Of a DNA stretch of 64,000 nucleotides, positions 10,905 through 19,111 are shown piece by piece. The first letter of the stretch is position 1. Every line of letters starts with the position of its first letter. Source of the stretch: Microthrixaceae bacterium (GTDB taxonomy: Bacteria; Actinomycetota; Acidimicrobiia; Acidimicrobiales; Poriferisodalaceae); assembly GCA_011523825.1 (NCBI GenBank), contig WTFX01000026.1, forward strand, positions 96,834-160,833. The letters are read 5' to 3'. Both the position numbers and the translations under genes were made by a program. The notes beneath the pieces are model-generated. The model saw only the letters and a list, made by a program, of their open reading frames with translations. It did no database searches and was not told the origin of the DNA.

Positions 10905-12118
10905 TGTGGGATTGGACTGACCCGATCTTCGACGGCCTCGCCGCCGTCTTGGCGTGGTTCTACTCGTTGCTGCCTGACTACACCTTCGCCATCGGCATGC
11001 TGACCTTGGCGATCATGCTGGTGTTCACGCCGCTCACCCTGCGGGGCGCGCGGTCGATGACGAAGATGCAGGCGCTGCAGCCGGAGATGACGGCGCTGCG
11101 CAAGCGGCATGGCGGCGATCGTCAGAAGCTCAACGAAGAAATGATGAAGCTGTACCAATCCCACGGGGTGAGCCCGCTGGGCGGGTGCTTGCCGAACTTG
11201 GTGCAGATTCCGATCTTCATCGTGCTCTACCGGGTCATCCTGAATCTGCGCGTCACTCCCGACAGCCCACAACCTGATTTCCCTCGCAATCTGAACCAGG
11301 ACTCGCAGCTCTACGCAGATCTTGTCGACGCCATCGGTTCCGATGGCTTCGGCGAGATGCGATCGCTGGGCATGGACCTCGCTCAGTCGGCGCGGGAAGT
11401 AGTCCAGGCCGACTTCGTCGAAGGGTTGCCGTACCTGGGGCTCATAGCGGTGACGTTCCTGCTGGCTTGGCTTCAGCAGCGCCAGATGGCGGCGCGGCGT
11501 GGCAATGCGGCCATGCCGAACCGCCAGATGGAAATCATGATGAAGTACCTGCCGTTCATGCTGCCGGTCTTCAGCTTCTTCGTGCCGGCAGCGCTGGTGC
11601 CCTACTTCATCGTGTCCAGCATTTACCGGATGCTGCAACAGGCGTTCATTCACGCGAGGATGAAGCCGCCTGCGCCGCTCGTCGGTGCCGATTCAGATGA
11701 CGATGTCATCGAGGCCGAGGCAGTCCCGGAACCAGAGCCGCCGCGTGAGGTGCCGAATCAGCGCTCGCGCAAGGCCCTTGACGCCGAGGCGGAGCGTCGG
11801 GCGGAGCGTGAGCGTCGCCGCGCAGAGCGACGCGAGAGTTCACAGAACTCATCGGGTGAGCGCGAACCAGCACCTGCGCAGCCGGAGCCTTCTGCATCTC
11901 CCACGATCCGCCGGACTCGCTCATCGGAAGAACGAGTTGTCGATGCACGCAAGCGAGCACGTCGCAGTGCTGGCTCCTCGAATCGGGATCAGGACCGGAA
12001 TCAGACTCGTGAGCGCGGCCGGCGGCGCGGCCGTGCCGAACCAGAGCCGGAATCGAAGCCCATCCAGAGTCGTCGTACCTCAGGAGACGGCAGGACCCGC
12101 AATCGCCGCAAGCGATGA
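10904..12118 (+). CDS. yidC: Membrane protein insertase YidC (with an Arg-rich C-terminal tail)
   Basis: Contains LTLRGARSMTKMQALQPEMTALRKRHGGDRQKLNEEMMKLYQSHGVSPLGGCLPNLVQIPIF.... The junction with yidD is TGATG. Confidence 0.93.
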   Translation: MWDWTDPIFDGLAAVLAWFYSLLPDYTFAIGMLTLAIMLVFTPLTLRGARSMTKMQALQPEMTALRKRHGGDRQKLNEEMMKLYQSHGVSPLGGCLPNLVQIPIFIVLYRVILNLRVTPDSPQPDFPRNLNQDSQLYADLVDAIGSDGFGEMRSLGMDLAQSAREVVQADFVEGLPYLGLIAVTFLLAWLQQRQMAARRGNAAMPNRQMEIMMKYLPFMLPVFSFFVPAALVPYFIVSSIYRMLQQAFIHARMKPPAPLVGADSDDDVIEAEAVPEPEPPREVPNQRSRKALDAEAERRAERERRRAERRESSQNSSGEREPAPAQPEPSASPTIRRTRSSEERVVDARKRARRSAGSSNRDQDRNQTRERGRRRGRAEPEPESKPIQSRRTSGDGRTRNRRKR

Positions 12119-12172
12119 ACGCACCGGCAACTGCTGCGGAGAGTTAGGCGCTGCGTCGTGGAGTGGATCGTG

Positions 12173-12493
12173 ATGACCGGCCACACCGTTGCGGAGGCGC
12201 GTGATCGTGGCCTCGATGCGCTCTCGGTCGCGGTCGAGGATGCGGATATCGAGATCCTGGCTGAGCCGGGCCGCTCGCACTGGGGGTTTCGACGCCAACC
12301 TGCTCGCGTTCGCATGCGGGTACGGCCGACTGGACCGCCGCCGCGAGTGGGCGACCAGCGCCGAGACCGCCGCAGATCCCGCCGCCGCTCAGCCGGCGGC
12401 AATCGCAACGCACACAGGCGGCAGGATTCCGGACAAGGCCAGCGCGGCGGCGGCAAATCCTCGCGCCGCCGTTCCCGTTCCGGCCGCCGATGA
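12173..12493 (+). CDS. Jag/KhpB N-terminal domain only (5' half of a split jag)
   Basis: Reads MTGHTVAEARDRGLDALSVAVEDADIEILAEPGRSHWGFRRQPARVRMRV, which follows the Jag_N pattern, then an Arg/Gly-rich linker, and stops at TGA 12491-12493. No KH or R3H domain is present in this ORF. Alternative GTG starts lie at 12158 and 12170. Confidence 0.7.
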   Translation: MTGHTVAEARDRGLDALSVAVEDADIEILAEPGRSHWGFRRQPARVRMRVRPTGPPPRVGDQRRDRRRSRRRSAGGNRNAHRRQDSGQGQRGGGKSSRRRSRSGRR

Positions 12494-12504
12494 TTGAGAA
12501 CTGC

Positions 12505-14547
12505 TCAGCTTGTCAACGGGTGCCGCTGCTTCGCGATCTTGAGCTTCAACCGCTTGTTGGGCGACATCGAAGGAAATGGGCTGATCTTCAGCTTGTAGTT
12601 CGACGGGGAGATCTCGAACGTGAAGTAGTGCGCGAGCATCAGCAGGCTCAACAGCATCTGGAGCTCCACCATGTGCGAACCAAGACAGCTATGCGTGCCG
12701 AGGCCAAAAGGTGCGTAGCCCGGTGTCCGGTGTTCACCGCGTGAGGGCAGATAGCGATCAATGTCGAAAGTAAACGGATCCGGAAAGACCTCGCTCATGT
12801 AATGCGGTGCAGTCGTGGCGATGAACACCTTGGAGCCGACTGGCAATTCGTAGTCTTCGATGACACATGCGTTCATCACCGTGCGGATCGACATGGGCAC
12901 CGTGGGCCACAGCCGCAAACACTCCATGATAAAACGTCGAGTGACGTCGATCGCGGGCGAGTTCAAGTCTTCTGACAGCGGATCTCCGTTGCCAAACAAA
13001 GCATCTGCTTCCGCCTGAATGCGTTCGTATAGATCCGGCTGAGACACCATCGCATGCAAGATAAAGCTGAGCTCATCTCCCGCGTACATACCCGCCAGTA
13101 CCGGTGCCGAGAAGGTAAAGCTGAGATTTGACTCGGGTACGAAAATTGGATCGCTGCTGTGCAAGCTGAGAACGTCATCGGCAAGATCGCGAGGGCAGCC
13201 AACCCTCTGCGCCGCTGTATGAGACTCCAAGACGCGATCATACAGAACGTCGACGACTTGCTTTTTTCGCTTCATGCGTGGCGTATAGAGCATGAAGTTC
13301 GGCAGGACATTGACGACTTGGGTCATGAGCACGCGGGACTTGTATGCGATGAGATCGTCGATGACGTCGTCTGCTTCAATGCTGGCGAGGAAGGGCGTGA
13401 CCTGAGCGCCAGCGAAGCCACGACACATGGATACAGCGCCCAAGGTGTCGCCGACGGTCCAATTGCTCATGTACGTTCGCGCATGCTGATACACGGTCTC
13501 AAGCTGCTGTTCGAATCGTGCTCGGCCATAGCCCGCACGCAGCGCTTTACGCATGCGGAAGTGATCTGCACCGTCCAGTGCAGGCAGCAGCCCGGAGGCG
13601 TGATACGCAGTCTCGAGACCTCGGAGATAGTCGCTTGACCTGAGGTGCATGCGGCCATGACGGTGAACCCAACGATTGACGCGAGGGCCTGCCAAGAAGG
13701 TAATTTCCCGTTTGGAAAACAGGGGCTTGAGCCTGAAGACAGGACCGAACTCTTCAGTCAATTGTGCATAGACGGCAGGGATGTTTCCCCGAAGGAAGTG
13801 GCGATTGAACAGCAGCTTGTTCAGCGGCAGCTTGGGTATCGACTTCGTCAGAGCGGAGCTTCTGAGCAGCGATGCCACCAAGTTGTGCGCGACGGCATCT
13901 GCGATGGCCCTGCCGATCAGATCCATCTGGCAGATGAGCTGGACTCGCTCCTCCGCTTCGTCGTCGAGCTCAAAGATGAAGCGCAGCACATCGCAGGTGT
14001 GGGCGAGGCCGATGATGATGACATCTCTCGGGCTGGGAATCTCGCCCAGCAAGATCGATCTGCCTATGCGCGTCTTGATGAACTGGACAGCCGTGTCGTC
14101 GTCATCGCCGGCAAAGAAATCGCTGTGCCGGGCCGCTGCCGTCAAGCTCCAGAAGTCGCCATCGTGATGCTCGAGGATCCCGAGTCTGACCAGTTGCTCC
14201 AAGGCCAAGTCGACCATCATCTCGGCGCGAGGCGCGAGGCGCTCCACCCAGTACTGCGCACCGTGCTGGTTGGGCTCGCTCGCGATCTGCTGGAGTGCGA
14301 GGTCCAGGATCGGCTTGCCGGTCGGCGTGGGGTCCAGCAGGATCAGCGACTCCATGTCGGTGTCAATTCGCGCCTGCAGCGAGAGCTCGGCCAACGCGGC
14401 ACCGGCCATGGCGCAATTCAGGTGCCAACCGGGCACCTGGTGGAAGTACCCGCTCTCTTCGCTGAGCAGCACCAGGATGAGCTCCTCGGTCAGGTCGAGC
14501 GGCTGCGCAGCGGTGACCTTCGTCGATGCTGTCGATGAAACAGTCAA
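12505..14547 (-). CDS. GOLPH3/GPP34-like N-terminal domain fused to cytochrome P450
   Basis: The N-terminal ~230 aa (LDLTEELILVLLSEESGYF...CAMAGAALAELSLQARID...PTGKPILDLALQQI...) fit the GPP34 pattern. The C-terminal domain has the ExxR motif (MECLRL), FDIDRY, and the heme-Cys loop FGLGTHSCLG. The only upstream start option is TTG at 14547. GC content is visibly lower than in the flanks. Confidence 0.8.
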   Translation of the reverse strand: MTVSSTASTKVTAAQPLDLTEELILVLLSEESGYFHQVPGWHLNCAMAGAALAELSLQARIDTDMESLILLDPTPTGKPILDLALQQIASEPNQHGAQYWVERLAPRAEMMVDLALEQLVRLGILEHHDGDFWSLTAAARHSDFFAGDDDDTAVQFIKTRIGRSILLGEIPSPRDVIIIGLAHTCDVLRFIFELDDEAEERVQLICQMDLIGRAIADAVAHNLVASLLRSSALTKSIPKLPLNKLLFNRHFLRGNIPAVYAQLTEEFGPVFRLKPLFSKREITFLAGPRVNRWVHRHGRMHLRSSDYLRGLETAYHASGLLPALDGADHFRMRKALRAGYGRARFEQQLETVYQHARTYMSNWTVGDTLGAVSMCRGFAGAQVTPFLASIEADDVIDDLIAYKSRVLMTQVVNVLPNFMLYTPRMKRKKQVVDVLYDRVLESHTAAQRVGCPRDLADDVLSLHSSDPIFVPESNLSFTFSAPVLAGMYAGDELSFILHAMVSQPDLYERIQAEADALFGNGDPLSEDLNSPAIDVTRRFIMECLRLWPTVPMSIRTVMNACVIEDYELPVGSKVFIATTAPHYMSEVFPDPFTFDIDRYLPSRGEHRTPGYAPFGLGTHSCLGSHMVELQMLLSLLMLAHYFTFEISPSNYKLKISPFPSMSPNKRLKLKIAKQRHPLTS

Positions 14548-14712
14548 GTGACGCTCCTGATCACGCGGGGCGCAGTGGTCGGCCCTGCGTTTGGGAAGAT
14601 CATCTCAAGTGTACGGACAGTTACTGGTACGGGGCGCAGCACCGGCGCTTCTCGAAGGCACCGATCATCCGGTCTAGCCTGCGGCATCGCTTCGGATAGA
14701 GAGCGCGTCTCG

Positions 14713-15765
14713 ATGGCCGCTAGACCCCCGCAGGAAGCAAACGTTAGTTCGCTTCCGCCATTTCCGGAAGGCTGGTTCTTCATCGCGACGCGCGACGCCG
14801 TACAGAAGGCGGGATTGATTCAACGGACGTGGATGGGCACCGAGATCATCGTCTGGTCTGATCCGGCCGGTCAGATCTGCATCGCGAAATCGGTATGCCC
14901 CCACTTGGGCTCCGATCTGGGACCTGAGGCCGGCGCGAAAGTCGTCGGCGGGAGACTCGTCTGCCCCTTTCACGGGTTCGAGTTCGAGACCAGCGGGCAG
15001 TGCGTGGCCACGCCATCTGGCGCGCCCGCCCGTTCCGCCAAGCTGGATCTCTTCGAAGCCCGTGAGATCGAAGGTCTGATCTTCGGCTGGTGGGGCCTCG
15101 GAGGACGATCCTCGCAGTGGCAGCTGCCCGATGTTCCGCAGACCGATGACGACTGGACCGATCTCCAGATCCGCACGATTCGCTTTGCTGGTCATCCGCA
15201 GGAGACCAGCGAGAACTCTGTGGACATTGCGCACCTGAGCTGTATCCACGGCTACCACAACGTCACCAACGATGCGCCGGTGTCAATCGACGGGCCGCGA
15301 CTCGAGAGCCGGTTCAGTTTCTCGACGACCCGGAGGATTGCCAAGGTCGCCAAGCTGACCTTGGATGTCTCAGCCATTGCCCACGTGGTGGGGCTGGGCT
15401 ACTCCTTTGTCCAGTTTCAGGAGCGTTCCATCGGCCTTGATGCTCGGCTGTGGGTGTTGGCGGCGCCGGTCGACGGCACGCTGATCGATATGTCCATCGT
15501 GTCGAGGATGCGCACGCTGCACAAGCCCAAGCGACCGGTCGTCGGCTTGAGCTTCCTGCCGACGCGGATGCGGGCGCCCATCGTGAACAAGTTCATTGCG
15601 GATCTGCAGATCGGTGAGGTCAAGCAGGATGTGGTGATCTGGAGTCGCAAGCACTACGTGCCACGCCCCCGGCTCGTGAGCACCGATGGCGAGATCATGA
15701 AGTACCGGGAGTACTGCGCACAGTTCTATTCCGGCGAGCGTGAGTGCGAGGCGCCCCGACGCTGA
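14713..15765 (+). CDS. Rieske [2Fe-2S] non-heme-iron oxygenase (KshA / cholesterol-7-desaturase-like alpha subunit)
   Basis: The Rieske ligands are CPHLGSDLG...CPFHGFEF. The mononuclear iron motif is ENSVDIAHLSCIH (D-x2-H-x4-H). The start is set at ATG 14713 (MAARPPQEANVSSLPPFPEGWFFIA); the track ORF from 14548 is over-extended. Confidence 0.8.
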   Translation: MAARPPQEANVSSLPPFPEGWFFIATRDAVQKAGLIQRTWMGTEIIVWSDPAGQICIAKSVCPHLGSDLGPEAGAKVVGGRLVCPFHGFEFETSGQCVATPSGAPARSAKLDLFEAREIEGLIFGWWGLGGRSSQWQLPDVPQTDDDWTDLQIRTIRFAGHPQETSENSVDIAHLSCIHGYHNVTNDAPVSIDGPRLESRFSFSTTRRIAKVAKLTLDVSAIAHVVGLGYSFVQFQERSIGLDARLWVLAAPVDGTLIDMSIVSRMRTLHKPKRPVVGLSFLPTRMRAPIVNKFIADLQIGEVKQDVVIWSRKHYVPRPRLVSTDGEIMKYREYCAQFYSGERECEAPRR

Positions 15766-15933
15766 ACTGCCCGGTCGCTCGCAGTGAGCGTCGCGAGTCT
15801 CAGGGGTTCCGCGCCGACGGACCCGTAGGCTGCGCACTGCCCACATCGCGCGAGCAGTCCAAGAGCAGCGTGCGCGGACTGACACCGCCCGATGTGCGGC
15901 GGGCCCCTACGCATGCGTGCCCGATCAGAGGTG

Positions 15934-16458
15934 ATGAAGATGACAGGTGAGACAACGACAGCCGAACAGCAAGTCATGGTGCAGGAGTTCTTGGACGGCT
16001 TGGTACAAGCGTTCGGTATCGAGGCAACAGCGGTGCCGGTCGCAGCAGATGACGACAGCTTCGAGATCAATCTCGAGGGTGAGAACGAGGCGCTGGGGCT
16101 GTTGATCGGACCGCGCGGCCGTCACGTGGTTGCGCTCCAGGAGGTCGCAAAGACCATGCTGCAGCGCAGGCTGCCGGGTGTGCGTCGTGCGCGAGTGAGA
16201 GTGGATGTGGGCGGCTACCGGCAGCGCCGTCGCGAGGCACTCGAAGCGTACGTTCGCGAGCTCGCCGATGCCGTAGTGGAACGCGGAACGGAACGTGGAC
16301 TTGAGCCGATGAACGCGGCTGATCGCAAGGTTGTGCATGACACGGTCAACGAGATCGCCGGTGTTGACACGATCTCGGTGGGCGATGAGCCGCGCCGGCG
16401 CGTTGTGCTGGTGCCGTCCGGCTCGACCGACGCTCCCAGCCAGAGCGACGAGGCGTAG
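15934..16458 (+). CDS. Jag/KhpB KH + R3H domains (3' half of a split jag)
   Basis: The KH GxxG motif is in LLIGPRGRHVVALQEV. The R3H motif is in MNAADRKVVHDTVNEIAGVDTISVGDEPRRRVVLVP. ATG 15934 or 15940 follows AGAGGTG. The frame is closed by TGA at 15880-15882 upstream. Confidence 0.75.
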   Translation: MKMTGETTTAEQQVMVQEFLDGLVQAFGIEATAVPVAADDDSFEINLEGENEALGLLIGPRGRHVVALQEVAKTMLQRRLPGVRRARVRVDVGGYRQRRREALEAYVRELADAVVERGTERGLEPMNAADRKVVHDTVNEIAGVDTISVGDEPRRRVVLVPSGSTDAPSQSDEA

Positions 16459-16471
16459 TCTCTCCGGCTGA

Positions 16472-17092
16472 TCAGAAAAGCGGTCGCTTCCGGATCTGTT
16501 TCCAGGTCCGGGGGTATGCCGGGTCGGCCGCCGTCAGACACTCCAGTTCCGCAAACGTCGGTGTGTCTGCGGTTCTCCGCACGAATCGCATCCCGAGCTG
16601 AGCGAGAGCATCACGTGGCCAGCGCGCCTCACCGCCTTTCGGCGGCTCGCTGACCACGAGCCTGCCGCCCGCGCGCAACAGGCCGGCACTGCACTCGGCG
16701 ACCGCAGCTGGGGGACCGAACGCCCGGCTGACGACGCCGTCATAGACAGAGCGATGCTGGGGCAGGTGAGCGAGTTCGGCGGCATCACCGAGGGCGATCG
16801 TGACACGATCAGCGAGCTGGAGGTCCTGAACAGCAGTGTTGAGAAAGTCGGTCCGTCGCTGTGACCGGTCCAGCAGCACCAACTCCATATCGGGCAGCTC
16901 CAGAGCCATCACGAGTCCGGGCACTCCCCCACCGCTCCCGAGATCGCACCAGCGCTGACCGGGCAGAGGTTGAGCGGCCGCGTGGTGGGCTCGTGCGTGC
17001 ACCACATGGGCCTGGAGGTCACCGGGGCCGAGAAGTCCTTGTTGTTGGCCGCGTCTGAGCACGGCAACAAGGCGTTCTTCTGCCACGGCCAT
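16472..17092 (-). CDS. rsmG: 16S rRNA (guanine527-N7)-methyltransferase RsmG/GidB
   Basis: Contains the SAM motif WCDLGSGGGVPGLVMAL...LLDRSQRRTDFL...VVSRAFGPP...GGRLVV. It is encoded on the strand opposite to jag and parAB. Confidence 0.85.
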   Translation of the reverse strand: MAVAEERLVAVLRRGQQQGLLGPGDLQAHVVHARAHHAAAQPLPGQRWCDLGSGGGVPGLVMALELPDMELVLLDRSQRRTDFLNTAVQDLQLADRVTIALGDAAELAHLPQHRSVYDGVVSRAFGPPAAVAECSAGLLRAGGRLVVSEPPKGGEARWPRDALAQLGMRFVRRTADTPTFAELECLTAADPAYPRTWKQIRKRPLF

Positions 17093-17115
17093 GATGCGGG
17101 GAACCGTATCTCACA

Positions 17116-17131
17116 TGTTTCACGTGAAACA
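17116..17131. promoter_or_regulatory. parS centromere-like site (perfect consensus)
   Basis: TGTTTCACGTGAAACA is a perfect 16-bp palindrome in the rsmG-parA divergent spacer. Confidence 0.9.
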
Positions 17132-17184
17132 CTGCCGCCCCCGCAGCGGGTTCACGGCTGGCCTACGCTGATCCTCGGACGTCG

Positions 17185-18077
<893 letters not shown>

Positions 18078-18081
<4 letters not shown>

Positions 18082-18980
18082 ACGCCCAACGAGGACTCGG
18101 GCGAGGGCTGGGCGCGCTGATCCCCACCGGTCAATCGGCCTATCGCGAGGTGCCCGTCTCGGCAGTCGAAGTCAATCCGCTCCAACCCCGGCAGCACTTC
18201 GACACTGCAGCACTGGACACCTTGGCAGATTCGATTCGCCAGATCGGGGTCTTGCAGCCGATCGTCGTGCGTGAGACGGGCATCGTCGGCCGCTTTGAGA
18301 TCATCGCGGGCGAGCGGCGCTGGCGAGCGGCGCGCAGCATCGGCCTGGACACCATTCCGGTCGTCGTGCGCGCTGCGGACGACGAGTCCAGTCTGACCCA
18401 CGCTTTGATCGAGAACATTCATCGAGCGGATCTCAATCCTCTCGAAGAGGCGGTCGCGTACCGGCAGCTCATCGATGATTTTGGAGTCACCCACGACGAG
18501 CTCGGACGTCGCATGGGTCGCAGCCGGGCGGCGGTCACCAACTCGCTCAGGCTCTTGTCATTGCCGGTGAGCGTGCAGCGCTACCTGCTGGACGGAGAAC
18601 TCTCCGCCGGACACGCTCGAGCGCTGCTCGGTTGCGATGACCCTGTCGAGCTCGAACTGCTCGCGGAGCGCGCCGTGGATGAAGGCTGGTCAGTACGCAC
18701 GGTGGAGGAGCAAGTGCGATCCCTCGGCGCGCCATCTGAACGCGAGTCGAAGCCGGATCAGCCAATCGACGGGCCCGCTGCGCCGGCCCCGGCCGCTGAC
18801 GATCGTCCGGCAGCGGTATTGGAGGTCGAGTCCGCCCTGGCCGCCGCCCTCACGACCGCCGTTGAGGTACAACTCGGCCGCAAGGGGGGTCAGATTGTCA
18901 TCAGATTTGCTGATATGGAAGATCTCGGCCGGCTCTATGAGGCGTTGGCCGACAACCTTCGGGTAACCCTCGAAGGTTGA
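18078..18980 (+). CDS. parB: Chromosome partitioning protein ParB/Spo0J
   Basis: Contains GLGRGLGALIP, VNPLQPRQHFD, IAGERRWRAA and an HTH region. Its ATG overlaps the parA TGA (ATGA). Confidence 0.92.
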
Positions 18981-19056
18981 CTGCCGTTTACGCGCAAACT
19001 CAAGATCTGGATGACAGCGGTGCTGGTGCCACGATTTGCAGCCTCAATCTGAACTT

Positions 19057-19079
19057 GTTGTCCACTAGTTGTGGACAAC
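19057..19079. promoter_or_regulatory. Palindromic pair of DnaA boxes, or a hairpin, in the parB/cwlM convergent spacer
   Basis: GTTGTCCAC-TAGTT-GTGGACAAC has perfect 9-bp arms. The reverse strand of the right arm reads TTGTCCACA (19070-19078), the perfect box. Confidence 0.5.
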
Positions 19080-19111
19080 ATGGGGAGAAGATTTTGCCGT
19101 TGCCTGTCGAG

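Noticed and set aside
12491-15892. Excising the cassette plus one GAACTGC copy (3266 nt) would put the two jag halves in the same reading frame, which hints at a precisely restorable gene.
   Set aside because: The Jag_N ORF stop (TGA 12491-12493) lies upstream of the repeat and would remain. The KH/R3H frame is also closed by TGA at 15880-15882. The frame match has a one-in-three chance expectation, so no seamless ancestral ORF can be reconstructed from this sequence alone.
12494-15933. A search for an integrase, transposase, terminal inverted repeats or a tRNA attachment site associated with the low-GC cassette.
   Set aside because: None was found. The only boundary signal is the 7-bp direct repeat, so I do not call this a mobile element.
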